A DNA stretch of 64,000 nt from Octopus sinensis (lineage: Eukaryota): positions 28,086,001 to 28,150,000 of the forward strand of contig NC_043004.1 in NCBI RefSeq assembly GCF_006345805.1. The letters are read 5' to 3'. Below the pieces are notes generated by a model. It was not told the origin of the DNA. It made no database searches and saw only the letters and a program-made list of their open reading frames with translations. A program made the translations under genes and the position numbers. Below, one piece after another: positions 27,896 through 42,168 of the stretch (position 1 is its first letter; each line of letters begins with the position of its first letter).

Positions 27896-28116
27896 TTATA
27901 TGTATGACCCAAGATATTTGTATACACACACATACACACACAGAGGCACACGCACACATACACTCACATATACATATAGACAGTCATGCATAATTATACG
28001 TACATACAAATACATTGATATGTGTGTATGTGTGTGTGTGAGAGAGAGAGAGAGAGAAAGGAGAGAAAGAAAATGTTTATATATAGTGAGAATATATGCA
28101 TGCATTTATATGTATG

Positions 28117-28170
<54 letters not shown>

Positions 28171-28570
28171 ATATATATATATGCATACATATCAATGCAT
28201 GCATATATAGTATAAAGGATCGTAGGTAAGGGCAAAATAAGAGTTACAGGAAGCTAGCTGGTTGCTATAGCAGTACCTTTCCGCGCATGACCACTCCACA
28301 CACGATCATACACACGCACATCGGCAACATTCGTCTATTTCTTGAAAATGGGATCATAACCCCGAAATTTTGAAAACAAGGTAAGTTTACATTAATTCAC
28401 ATATTTGTTTTCTTGTGATCTACCTTGCATTTACTTTGCAATATATATACAATATATTCTGCACAATGCATATATCTATATATGTGTGTGTGTGTGTGTG
28501 TGTATTACATATTTACACATATATACACATACACATTTTCTTTCTCTTTCTTTCTTTCTCTCTCTATCTT

Positions 28571-28621
<51 letters not shown>

Positions 28622-29502
28622 CACATGCACAAACACACTCTAACAAAAACACTCTCTCTTCCTCATTCACCTTTTCTCCTCACGCAAGCCTCAATAAAAC
28701 ATGGGAAACAGCAGCATTTTATTGCTGCTCTTTGTAGCAGAATTGAGTTTAGCGAGAATTTGCACGTCGACAAATTACAGTCTGAACGCGTCAAAATGGC
28801 GACGGAACACAATACAAAACAAAACAGCAAATTTAAAACACAATGCAATGTAGAATGTAAAGCAAATTTTTTAAAAATCACAAAATACCAAAAGTGACAG
28901 AAAAACAAACTGATAACCACCGCCCCATGGTTCCACCAGCACAGTCGCTACTACGGACACCCTCATCTTCATCCCCCTCCTCCTCATCATCATCGTCATC
29001 ATTCTCCACCATCTTCACCTCCACTACCAGTTTTGTACCACTTTCAATGTCACAATGCCACCATCATCATAAGCAAACAATCACATTTCCGATATTAACA
29101 CAGTTAGGAATACTAGCCCAACCCTAAAGTTTCATCATAACAACAAGCCCGGCCTTGAGAACAACCACCAACAACAGCGGCAATGATGAGATAACAACCG
29201 CCAACAGAAGCCCTATCACCAACACATGTACCAAGACCGCCACTGCAAAACCCGCCTCCGCCGTTGCCTGCCAATAACCACAGCAATTTCATTATTGTCG
29301 TACGGATCAGCATTTATGGTGATAATTTCTGTGGAAAGAAATAATGAGTTACGTTGTTTAATTTGCTGTAAAAAAGAAGAAAAAATATGTGCGAATATGT
29401 TGTGTGTTTATGTATGTATGTATGTATGTATGTATGTATGTATGTATGTATGTATGTATGTATGTATGTATGTATGTATGTATGTATGTATGTATGTATG
29501 TA

Positions 29503-29861
29503 CGTGACACTCCGTCAGTTACGACGACGTGAGTTCCAGCTGATACGATCAACGGAACAGCTTGCTCGTGAAATTAACGAGCAAGTGCCTGAGCACTCCA
29601 CAGACACGTGTACCTTTAACGTAGTTCTCGGGGGAGATTCAAGGCTGGCCCTTTGAAATACAAGTACAAGAGAAACAAGAAGAAAGAGTGAGAGAAAGTT
29701 GTGACGAAAGAGTACAGCAGGGTTCGCCACCATCCCCTGTCGGAGCCTTGTGGAGCTTTAGATGTTTTCACTCAATAAACGCTCACAACGTCCGGTCTTG
29801 GAATCGAAACCACAATCCTACGACTGCGAGTCCGCTGCCCTAACCGCTGGGTCATTGCGCC
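29503..29861 (-). mobile_element. SINE family C, tail type 2, ending in (CATA)n
   Basis: tRNA-like head at 29861 on the minus strand; shares about 190 nt with 20061 then diverges. Confidence 0.8.
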
Positions 29862-29959
29862 TTCATGTATGTATGTATGTATTATGTATGTATGTATGTA
29901 CGTATGTATGTAGCGTACTCCTAAAAACATTCTATTTTGGAAAGTGAGCGGAATTCTTA

Positions 29960-30300
29960 AATGGTTAGGGCAGCGGACTCGCGGTCGGAGGATCAAGGTT
30001 TCGATTTCCAGACCGGGCGTTGTGTGTGTTTAGTGAGCGAAAACACATAAAGCTCCAGGAGGCTCCGGCAGGGGGTGGTGGCGACCCCTGTTGTACTCTT
30101 TAGCTCCAACTTTCTCTCACTCTTTCTTCTTGTTTATTGTTCCCGACTTCCTACGCAACGGCTGAGCCTGGTTGCGCATTCATCCATCCGTCGATGCTCT
30201 CGGTGTCGGGGATTGACCTGCTTTCTCTTCTGCAGGTCTTGCGAATAGCAAAGGACCACGTTTCGGACTTCTCCCACTGCGGACAAGACCATTCGCTCAA
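29960..30300 (+). mobile_element. SINE family C, tail type 3, ending in (AACAGC)n
   Basis: Same head and body to CTTTCTCTCACTCTTTC, different 3' tail. Confidence 0.7.
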
Positions 30301-31050
30301 CAGCAACAGCAACAGCAGTGACAGCAACAACAACAATAACGCAAGCAGCAGCAACGACATCAGCGATGGCACTTACGTCAACAACAGTAACATCACTAAC
30401 AAAAATATCGCAAACGGCATATAAGATGTGGCAAGCAACCTTTCGCTGGTATGGCGGCAAATCGTCACGCTATTCGTAAATAACAAAGAAGACCGACTGG
30501 CACATGAGAAACAGCTTGTGATGGTGATTGGGAAGAATGCACAGATCGCTATGCCAGCCGAAATTCTGGCAACAAACGTCCGGGGGATGATAGCGTATCG
30601 CTGTGTATGTCCTAAACCCCAACGCCTAGAAACAGTGACACACGCTCAGGTGGCAGAAAAGTTGAAATACGTCAGAGGAAACGTAGAACTTGTCACCAAG
30701 AGAAGGCATTTCGGGGGCGTGGCGGTTCTCTTCACGAGCGAAGCCTTCACGCTGAAGCACTCCATAGCCTTCGTACGTAACAGGGAACTCACTTCTACAC
30801 CTCTTTAGAAAGAAAGACCTCTCGCGTCAAGATACAGTTGCACTTCAGTTAGACATTAGGTGAATGTTGACTTGAATTACTTTGCATGGGAGTGATACTC
30901 ACCTCAAAGAAATACAAACGGACAGCGAATTGTGATTTCAAATCACAGAGGAGATCCTCGTACTGGATGGAAAATGTTCCAGATTTAATCCACTTGCCCA
31001 ATTGAGTGAATCTTCATGTGGCGGTTCAGTCAGGAAACTTGTATATTATT

Positions 31051-31835
31051 TGTGCGGTGGTATCAAAAGGTTCCTGGACTAGTTCTATAGCGCGCGAACA
31101 GATGGCAACACACCGTTGCGTGTGCAGTGAGAGCTAGCAATGATCTTCATGAGGCAGTGTTCCGAGTGACATTGCTGTGTTTACATCGTAAGTTGTGAAA
31201 TTTGTGTTTTTGTGAGCACGTGTATGCTGTAGTCTGCGATTTTGTCATTTTCAGGAAGAAAGAGCTAACGTGATATTTTGTGTTAAACTTGGGAAGTCTG
31301 CTACAGAAACATTGAGTATGCTTCTGCAAGCTTACGACGATGGTGCAATGAGCCGTGTGCAATGTTTTGAGAATTCATCTCCAAGGGCCACACCATCGAT
31401 CGAGAGTTCTACTGCGTTTGAGAGAAGATATTCGGCGAAAGCGACCGGATTTGTGGAGCGCGAAAAATTGGATTCTACACAACAATGCATGCTGTCACCG
31501 AGCTCTCGCCACTCGTGAGTTTCTCGCCAAAAACATGGCATCGCTTCCGCACCCCGACCTCCATTCGCCAGATTTAGCACAGGCGGACTTCCATCATTTT
31601 CCCAAGGTTTTAATACCTTTGTTGAGATACAGAGCGTATCGCAGAAGGTCCTCGACTCGCTTACGGAAAACAACTTCCAGGCCAGATTCCAAATGTGGCA
31701 GGAATGTTGGGAACGGTGTATAGCTGTGCAAGGTGATTATTTCGAAGGAGATGATGTAAACACTTAGGTAACTAAGTTATTTTTTTTTTACTAAACATTA
31801 CTACTAGTCCACGAATATTTTGATACCACTTCGTA
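31051..31835 (+). mobile_element. Internally deleted mariner element with terminal inverted repeats
   Basis: GTGGTATCAAAA.GTTC.TGGACTAGT at left versus reverse complement at 31803-31835; FCVKLGKSATETLSML, RRKRPDLW, HSPDLAQADF motifs. Confidence 0.85.
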
Positions 31836-31849
31836 GCATCTTGGGGCTA

Positions 31850-31918
31850 GCGTCGGCTGCGGGCCGACCAAAGCTTTGTGAGTGCATTTGGTAGACGGAA
31901 AATGAAAGAAGCCTGTGG

Positions 31919-31965
<47 letters not shown>

Positions 31966-32240
31966 GTGTGTGTGTGTATGTATATATATATATATATATG
32001 TGTGTGTTTATGTGTGTGTGCGTGTCTTTGTGTTTGCCCCCCCCCCACTATCACTTGACAATCGATGCTGGTGTGTATATAACCCTGCAACATAGCGGTT
32101 CGGCAAAAGAGCCCTATAGAATAAGTACTAGGTTTACAAGGAATAAATCCTGGGTTCGATTTGTTCCACTAAAACTCCTTCAGGCGGTGCTCCAGTATGG
32201 CCGCAGTCATACGAGTGAAACGTATAAAAGAGTAAAAGAG
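31850..32240 (+). mobile_element. SINE family A, 5'-truncated
   Basis: Similar to 185-462. Confidence 0.8.
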
Positions 32241-32459
32241 TATATGCACACACAAACACACACACACACACACACACTTGCGTGTATAAATAGCAGTATA
32301 GCCGTCTCTCTCCCTCTCTCTCTCTCTCGATATATATATATATACATATATATATATACACATACTTTCGCACACACATATATACATATATTTATATGTA
32401 TTATATATATATATATATATTTATATATCTATACAATATGTTACATTACTCGGTAGTCA

Positions 32460-32522
32460 AGATAAAACTCTGAGTTTCAGATGCCGAAGTGGAAATCCAC
32501 AACACCATCTCTTCGGTTATCT
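32460..32522 (-). ncRNA. Type-I hammerhead motif in PLE terminal repeat (CCGAAGA core)
   Basis: Stem I AGATAA/TTATCT, core CCGAAGA, stem II GATG/CATC enclosing GTGG-attt-CCAC, extra U, GAAA, ACTC-A-GAGT, predicted GUU cleavage. Confidence 0.65.
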
Positions 32523-32603
32523 GGCTCTTTGAAAACGTTATGAAAAAATACCGTTAAAAATGAAGGGAAATTACTCTGTTATAACTCTGCTTTGCCTGCG
32601 TAC

Positions 32604-33989
32604 TTATACATCGCTCGCATTTTCGTCATAAAAATTATATAAAAATACATAAAAAATATATAAAAAATATAAAAATATATAAAATCTTCTTGGGACATAA
32701 CACAGAAAGCATGTTCTATCCGTTTTCTTTAGGGGACCAAAAACGTAACAGAAATTAGTCACATGTGGGCATGATCCGAAAAGCTCTGTCCTTGTATTTA
32801 GACATGTGGTAGGGTCTAAGCTGCTTTTCCAGATAAGCCATCTCTCCATGTCGCATAAACCGCACCTTCCGCTGCCGTTAGTATAGGGCTTACATCTGGC
32901 CAAAATCTTCCATTGTATGTTATAATCGGCACCTTTATCTCTTAAAGACCAAATATGATTGGATAATTGTGTCGCTTTTCTTTTGTTCCAGTGCCTAAAG
33001 CTCAAAGTGTGGTTATTGAACCTGGCCTTGAAATTACCCTCTGTCAGGCCCACGTATTTCTTCGTCGAAATGGTGTCTTTAGTGGTTATAGAGTTTACGG
33101 TAGCTTCATATATGATGGTCTTGGACATGCAAGCTCCATTTAGCGGGCACAATTCTTTATTCCTGCATGAACAGCTGTTTTCTTCTTGTGTTTTTTGTAT
33201 GTTATGATTGATTATGTTTTTAAAATTGGTAGTTGAACTAAAACTAATTTTTAAATTGTGTCTATTGAAGAGTTTCCTATAAGCATGGTTAACTGGAAAA
33301 TGTCTATCTATCAGTGCTAGGAAATATTTACCTATATTGAAGGCCACCTCGGGTGAGTAAGGGGGCGTAAACCAGATGACCTTCCTATTTCTATTATTCC
33401 TTTTCCTTATTGTTGGGCTGGTGATAGGTGTATATTTTATTTTTTCGCTAAAACCACTATCTTTTAAAGCTTTATTATAAACTGGGGCAACGCTATTGAA
33501 GATGTCCTCATTAGATGAGAGGCTAGAAATCCTCTTACTAATATTTTTAACTAAATTTTTGAATACTATAGGGGGATGGCATGAACCTACATTAATATAA
33601 CTTAGTCTATCATTGGGCTTCCTATAAGGCTTATAAATATTATTATTAAGATCTAAGGAAACGTCTAAGAAATTGACAACCGTCAGGTTAGTGTCTATAG
33701 TTATACTAAGTCCGAAGTGTTTCATTAACTGGATAATATCCTTCCTAAAACGATCTTGTGCTGGTCCATTTGTATTAGCTGTTAAGGCGAGGGTATCATC
33801 TTTGTAGATGGCGAAATGTACGTTAGGGAATGTCTTACCGAAGGTATCTAGGAGAAAGAGTCCAATTAGATCACAGATGCCTGCCCCATCATATGAACCC
33901 ATGCTCACATCGAAAGCGCCCTCCGTGTCGGTGTTTTTTACCCACTTTGCATTCTCACTGAAAAGTAATGTCTTTCTAGCATGGAACAT
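32604..33989 (-). pseudogene. PLE RT C-half, CxC-x5-C-x5-C linker and GIY-YIG endonuclease
   Basis: SMGSYDGAGICDLIG, IYKDDTL, VNFLDV, YKPYRKPN, CSCRNKELCPLNGAC, IIYEATV...YVGLTEGNFKARFNNH; C-terminus appears frameshifted. Confidence 0.88.
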
Positions 33990-34077
33990 TATATCCTTAT
34001 CATTGGTACTAATTTCTATGAAGTCACTAGCGAAGATTAGGGCTTTATCTAGCAGTTCATAACGTTTTCAAATAGCC

Positions 34078-34140
34078 AGATAACCGAAGAGATGGTGTTG
34101 TGGATTTCCACTTCGGCATCTGAAACTCAGAGTTTTATCT
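34078..34140 (+). ncRNA. Second (inverted) copy of the same hammerhead motif
   Basis: Reverse complement of 32460-32522. Confidence 0.65.
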
Positions 34141-35628
34141 TGACTACCGAGTAATGTAACATATTGTATAGATAAATTTCCTCTATTTACATAATATTGA
34201 GGTCTCTTTCTTTCTTTTGTTATCTTACCGTTTTATCAATATATATTTATATATATATATACACACATGCTTTCGCACACACATATATACATATATTTAT
34301 ATGTATATATATATATATTATTTTAGAACTGAATTTGTGGAATCTTTTTGGCCTTAATAAAATAATATACTCTACCTAAACTATTCCAATACCATTTTCC
34401 CACTTTGTCTAGTCCTTATGTGCTTACTTGTGTGTGTATGTGTGTGTACGCATGTATGATTGTGTATGAATATATCATACTTTACAAACATGTATGCACA
34501 TACATTCACAAACGCGCACACACATACATAGACATAGATGCGAGTATTTGTGCGAAATTTTCCGTAAGCCATTGCTATTCAAAGATTAACTCATTGTTTT
34601 CCCTTCAATCGGATTTTTAAAATTGTTATTTTATATTCTATTTCTTATTGTCATGAATGTTTTCTTGTTTTTTTGCTAGAGATCTCGTTCGATAGCTTAA
34701 CATCGAGTAACATCATTGAATTTCCAACATCACCTCCATCGAGTCCATCACGCGCGCACACGCACAACATAAACATACGCACGCACATGTACACACGCGT
34801 ACACACAAAGGCACAAACTCACACACGTTCACGCGCGCGTACACACGAAGACACAGACACGCACATGTACAGACTTTTGCCCACATCCACATTCGCATAT
34901 ACAAATACTACATACGCTTATTCACACATATATGTACACATACAAACACGCAAACTAACGCACATGCACGCATGCACGCACACACACACACACACACACA
35001 CAACACACACGCTGAAAGAGTCTTGAAACGGTGAACCCAGAGATAAAGTGGAAAGATATTGCTTTCGTTTACTGATAGTGTTCCAGATTTTCGTAGGTCT
35101 AAAAGGGAATCTGACGCGTTTATCTTATTATCTGCTGAAGTTGCTGGCAGGGACCAACAGAGCCAAAAACTTTTGTCAGTAGACATGCAACACAAAAGCT
35201 TTCAGGGACACAACAACAACAACAACAACAGTGCAGCACAGAGATTAGAAAACAAACAACAGCTGTACCGGATGTCACTCAAAGCAGACTTCCGTTTTTT
35301 CCGCCTACTCCCCTTTTTGCCCCATTCCTCTTTCTCCATTCCATTACTTCTCTTGTCTCTTCCGTCTCCCTTCCTATTTCTTTACAGTTCCCTCTCCCTT
35401 CTTTTCTTTCATATTTTCTCCTTCTATTCCTCCTCCTTCCTTCCTCCTTATATTCCTTCCATTCTTCTTCTTCTTCTTCTTCTTCCATTTATTAAATCAG
35501 AAACAGAGATGGAGAGAGAGGGAGGGAAGGAGAAAGAGGAGGAGTGGCAAAGAGTAAGAATGGGGGAAAGTCTATCAACCAAAATACATGTACACCAGCT
35601 TTTATTATGTGTGCGTCTGTGTGTGTGT

Positions 35629-35676
<48 letters not shown>

Positions 35677-36211
35677 AGTGTATATGTGTAGTCGAATGAG
35701 AATACTCACATACAATTATACACTCTACATACATGCATACGCACATACATGTATGTGTGAGAGTCTGTGTATCAATTAGCGTTAATTTTTTTATTTGTTT
35801 CAGTCACTAGACTGTGGCCATGCTGGGGCACCGACCTGAAGAACGTTTATTCGAATAGTGGATACCAGAACTTATCTTTTAAAAGGCTGGTACTTATTCT
35901 ACCGGATTGTATGTATCGGATCTTTTGCCGAATCACTAAGAGGAACGTAAACGCGCCAGGGCCAGTTGCGGTGGTGGGTGACGACCACAGACATAAAGAT
36001 ACGCACACATACACACAGAAATAAACATACACACACATGTATTTATATACACCTATATGTAGTAGTGCTAAACTGAATTCAAAATTAAACTCTGAGTTCT
36101 TCATTCGGGGCTAGACCTTAATGTCAACAGTGACTATTAAAGAAATCTAAAGCGAGGTTGATATGTAATGTAAAGAAACAAAAGTAGGCTTCACACACAC
36201 GCACATGTTAT

Positions 36212-36294
<83 letters not shown>

Positions 36295-36936
36295 TGACAG
36301 TGCAGTATGTGATCTACATGCCATTGTGATCCACCGCAACTTAAAACTAGACTACCTTGTGTTCTACACTAAAAATTCTGTTATAAATTTGCAACTATAA
36401 TTAGAGTGGTGAGTTAAACAAGGAGTTCATAGCGTCTGAGAAATTCTATTGCAGCTTCTTCATCTCGAATAACCTGTGTGCAAAATTCTTTTGCTCTCAT
36501 CACGACTTCTTTCAATGGGCTCAGGACTAAAAGTGTTTAAATCTTAAAAGTTTCATGGTTTTTATACTAAACCAACCGGAAGTCAAGTAAACAGATGAAT
36601 TTTAAATGTAGATCAAAATGTCGGTGTAGAAACTATAGCATTTGAACTAATATAGATCACAAGCTATACAAAAAACATGCATGTAGATCACATATTACAC
36701 CGGCACCGTATATATATATATATATATGTCTTATGTCCCTCCCCACCATTACACACTCAATAACACTATAAAATGGTCAAAACTTTTTCACAGGAACTTA
36801 GTTCGATTTGAAAACCCCACTAGAATGGGAGAAAGCGCTAATATATGATTTAAGTTATATGATGTATAAAAACATGTAATATACAAATAAATATCTGTAA
36901 ATATAAAACCATCCGAATTTCTGAGTACCTCATTTC

Positions 36937-36978
<42 letters not shown>

Positions 36979-36996
36979 CACACACACACACACACA

Positions 36997-37081
<85 letters not shown>

Positions 37082-37689
37082 GGATAATGATACAACAATA
37101 CACCGATATTTACTGGAAATAGCGTACGATGATATGTGTATATGTATAGAATAAAGAATATGAGGGGTTTAGTTAGAATAGGTATGCTACGTAAGTGCTA
37201 TAGTTCGTCGACCATTAGATTCAAAGATTACAGCTAAGGCTGGATCTGGGAATGCTTGTTAAGGTTCCGTTAAAACATGTTTATATTATATGAGAGAAAA
37301 AATAAAAAAACAAGGCAGAACGAGTATCTCAAGCGATTTAGAATAATTTAATTGAAGTAAAGGTGAATTTGAAGTCCCGTGCATACACACATACACACAT
37401 ACACACACACGCATACACATATACACACCCTCCCTTCACTGACAAACATCCGCATATATACAAACATATGCATATCCATATAAATGAAGGGGCATGCGAA
37501 CATGAAAATCGCACATATGCACCGGACACAGTCTTACATTCATATGCAGGCATATACACACACATATATGCACACACATGAATATAATATATATACATAC
37601 ATATGCATACATACACACACACATACATACACTTATATAAAAAGGATAAAACAATATTTATAAAATACAAATATAAAAATTATTGAGAG

Positions 37690-38610
37690 TTAAAAGGCAT
37701 GGGTAAGTTTGAGCAGGAATATAGTAGAAATGTGGACTCTCAAGTATTTTGTGACTTGTGGACATGCCCCAAAGAGTTCAGTTCTTGAATTTAAACATAT
37801 AGCGGGGGATCTAAGGAACTTTTCCAAATGAGCCATCTTCCCGCACCTGCTACTATCGCTGGTATAAGGGTTACACTTGGCTAAGATCCTCCAAGAAATA
37901 CTGTAGTTGACACCATGTTCTTTTAAGAACCATATGTAACTGGATAATTTTGTAGTCTTTTGTCTATTCCAGTGTCTGAAGCTTAAGGTTTGATTATTAA
38001 ATCTTGCTTTAAAATTTCCCTCTGTGAGATCCACGTATCTCTGGGGTGAAACTGTATTATTAGCGTTGGTGGAATTTACAGTAGCTTCATAAATAATGGC
38101 CTCGGTCATACAGCTTCCATTTAGCGGACACAGGTCTTTATTCCTGCAGGAACAGCCGGTTTTGTGGTGTTGTGTTGTATTGTGCGTGATTATGCTTTTA
38201 AAATTTGGGGTGGAACTAAAACTAATTTTTAGGCTGTGCCTATTAAAGAGCTTTCTACTTTTGTGATTTATTGGAAAAACTCTATCAAAAAGTGACAAGA
38301 AATATTTACCTATATTAAAGGTCACTTCGTGGGAGTAACGGTGTGTGAACCAGATAATTCTCCTGTGTCTATGTTTCGCTTTCTTAATTTCTGATCTAAT
38401 AGTAGGGGTGTAACCTATTTCGTCTTTAAATCCACTAGCTTTGAGGGCATTGTTATATGGGGGCAGCATTATTAGATATGTTTATATTGGAGGAGAGGCT
38501 AGAAATTCTCTTACTAATATTTTTAACTAAATTCTTAAACACTACGAGGGGTGGGTAGCAGGAACCTACATTAATATAACTACGTCTATCGTTGGGCTTT
38601 CTATAGGGTT

Positions 38611-38620
<10 letters not shown>
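37690..38620 (-). mobile_element. Older Naiad-like PLE remnant (thumb, linker, GIY-YIG)
   Basis: CSCRNKDLCPLNGSC, IIYEATVNS, YVDLTEGNFKARFNN; paralogous to 32604-33989. Confidence 0.85.
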
Positions 38621-38649
<29 letters not shown>

Positions 38650-38657
<8 letters not shown>

Positions 38658-38830
38658 GTATATACGACGGGCTTCTTTCAGTTTCCATGTACTAAATCCA
38701 CTCACAAAGCTTTGGTCGACTCAAGATTATTGTAGAAGACACTTGCCCAAGGTGACACGCAGATGGATTGACTCCAGAACCACATGTTTGGAAAGCACGC
38801 TTCTTATCTTATATCTACGCCTGCGCCTAC
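38650..38830 (-). mobile_element. SINE family A, 5' half
   Basis: Reverse complement of the family A head and body. Confidence 0.7.
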
Positions 38831-41821
38831 ACACACACATAGAAAACATACACGTATGGTGTTTTTTGTGTATTGGTTTATATTTCAGGAGATATAAAAG
38901 ATTAAAGCACTTGATGATAATCAACAAACAACCGAGTAATAAATTCTTTGATATCGTTAGTAAATGTTTGACTCTGAAGAAGATGAAGTCGCAGGAACCC
39001 TTTGATCAGAAAATGCGTAACACGAGGACTGACCTTCATGCAGAACACTTAAAGGATGAGGTGACAAATGAGGTCGATGTTGAAAAGAGTCCTGGTTTTG
39101 AAAACGATAGGTGGTCAGGTTAAGCTGGGGAAGCAACTTCTGTGAAAGCGATACTTCTGTGAACTGTCTTATTAAAGAAGATTGATGAGTAAGAAGACAC
39201 CGTACCAAAAGTGTTTGAACATTAGGCGCTGAGTGTGTTAACTCTTCAAATGAAGTACAACAAAGAGCGATGTTGCAACGAAAAGAAAAGGAAGAAATTG
39301 ATAATCTATCACTTGTAAATTAATTGTGAATTTTTAATGAAAATATATTTTTTCTACTGAAATAGTCGTTGTTCACAATTAAATTATGAATTATAAAGGA
39401 ATTTGTGATTTACTGTGTCTGTGGAGAGTCATTTTCTTTTTGTGCCTTATTATTTAGACTATTGAAAAGGTTGCAAGACGCAACGAAAATTTTAGGACAA
39501 TAAAAATAAGAAAAAAGTGGAAATTTTACCGGTGAGTGTGTTAAATAATAAGGCAAAAAAGAAAATGACTCTCCCCAGACACAACAGAATATGCTTCAAC
39601 ACACGAACTCATATAAAGAATCTTGCAAACCAAATCCAAAAACAAAATGTGATTTACTGCTTTTATTATAAATAGATTGCTCTCACCTATCCTTTTAACC
39701 TATTCTGAATATATGCATCAACATTTATTGAATTGTAATAAAGATTTAGCGTTTAACGATGTATTGTACATTGGCTTTTGAGTACCATTGGCACATTTTA
39801 TGATATTTATATTCAAATCATTGCATGTGTGTCAAGTTAGGATTGGAAACTGAAACAAGGAACTGAAGATAATATGGAGATGAGAGGGTGCTACGATGTG
39901 TAGCAATAAGCGACAAATTGATCAGTTTTATTAGATGTGAAATTTTGGAAAGCGAACCTAGGGATGTATTGAATCAATTGCCAAAACATATATCAAACGC
40001 AATTTATGGATTCCGGTGTTCTAAATATATTTGGAATCCAAGATGAAATAGGAGAAAATCAAGCATAAGATCTCGGCTAGTAAAGTTAACAATTGAAATC
40101 TAAAAAAGACGAAGGCGTATTTTCTAAGTGGTATAATTTTGTCTCCCACTGTGTAATATAGTTTTGATCTCTGTATCTTATATATGAAAGAGAGAAACCA
40201 AAACCTGATCTAGCCATAACGAAAGAAACTATGAAACATCTAATTTTCATAGATAGCTAATCAGTTGTAGGATATAATTTTACAATTTGCTTTTATTGCT
40301 GTATTTATGGCTTACATCTCTGAATCCCTGTTTATGTTTAATATACTCAAGCGTATTATTAGAGCAACCATTCTCATTATATTTAGGTTGAAAGAGATAT
40401 TTGGTAATATGATAATGCACTCGCATGTGACAATGGTCTCCTTTTTACATCCACCCACAAACCTACTCTGAGTTTGAACAACAATAGCCACAACAAAAAC
40501 GAAAACAATAACATCATCATCATCATCACCACCACCACCACCACCACCACCACCACCACCATCGCCGTCATCGTCGTCGTCGTCGTCGTCATCATCATTA
40601 TTATTGAGTAAGAAAGCAGCGCATGCCATCAAAGTAACACTGGGGTAAAATATATCCATCATGACTACCCGTCTGATAAGGGTACACAAGCACATGCATC
40701 ACACGATGATCTCATATCAAGATAAACATCGCATGACCTTGCAGGTGGGGCCCAGTTAGAGATCGAATAGCCCATCCCACTCAGGCGGTCCCTGAATAAG
40801 GGTTGTTTAAGGATGCTGAACGAAACACCCATGTATCCAGAGATGAATTATTCAGACCCCAAAGAATTCCTCTCGATACATGACTATGATACCCCCCCCC
40901 ACTACTTCTGCTCATGATCAAAGACGCACATATCAGCCACTAAAGGACATGCTCAAATGGTTACGGTCAAACAACTGACAAACAAATCTGTGGTATTGAG
41001 CAGAATATTTGTTGTAGTCCATCTTTTACACCAAGAAAAAACATGTACATGATATCACTTCCAATATAAAGATCAGAAGCCATGAGAACCAGTACCTGGT
41101 ACTTTCATCAAGGCATTTATTACTATTATTATCATAATTATCATTACTATTATTTTTATTATTATTAACAGCAACAACCATCCCGCTACCACCACCAACA
41201 GCCATAGCTATTTCTGCAGTTAACATTTTCCCTGCTAATATAAATAAAGTGTATCTATAATTGTAGTTACTAAAATGTCATTCCATTGCCTCCCACGACT
41301 ATAAATACAGCAACAACTATAAGTGCCATTACTAACATGGATAATGGTAACAATAATGATAAGAAGAAAAATGAAGAAGAAAAAATAAAACACAAGGCTA
41401 ATAATTTTGAAGTGAGAGGGTTAGCCATACCATCGGCACCAGTACATGATTGATGCATTATATTATAAACCTAGGAGGGACGAAAGACGCGCTTGATTTT
41501 GAACTTAGAACGTAAGGGAGTGAAACTCATTGACACAAAAATTGTTCGACGCTCTAGCAATTCCCCCATCTCACTGCCTTAACAAAAATTGCTTCTGATC
41601 TGGGCTCAAGTTCATCAATTTTTGAGTAGAGGGAGGATTAATCAATACTATCAACTGCAATGCTTGACTGGGACTTTATCTTATCGACCTTGATAGGATG
41701 AAAGTTAAGTTGACCTCGGTGAAACGTGAACTTTGAACATAAAGGGAATATCGCAATACCCGAAGATAATTCGTTTTAACCACAGTATGGTATTTGTTGT
41801 TGTTGTAGATAATGATGATGG

Positions 41822-41864
<43 letters not shown>

Positions 41865-42168
41865 AATGACGACGACGATGACAACATATAAGCCGAAATG
41901 TTCTGTAAAGACCTGATAGTTAAGTAGCTCCATGTTTAAGGTCTGAAATTTCACTATTTCTTCCACCTTACTGATGGTACGAAGACGTGCAAGAAATAGA
42001 AGCAAATGCTAACTCAAATCGCACCTATTCTAGGAATGAGATGGGTAACGTTGCATGATGCAGAGTCCTAAATGCATTGTGTCTACAAATAAGTAGAGAT
42101 GGCCACGATGAGGACACAGACGGGCAATTTAGGACTAACAATATTAACTAATATCAATTTATTTCATT

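Larger units (their letters stand above)
32425..34240 (-). mobile_element. Penelope-like retroelement (Naiad-like), 5'-truncated, with inverted terminal repeat copy
   Basis: RT/GIY-YIG ORF; 32427-32544 is a near-perfect reverse complement of 34056-34174. Clade call is inferred from motifs. Confidence 0.9.

Noticed and set aside
30240-30310. CCGAAACGTGGTC on the minus strand of the SINE C tail as a hammerhead
   Set aside because: No stem II pairing with the upstream CTGTTGA
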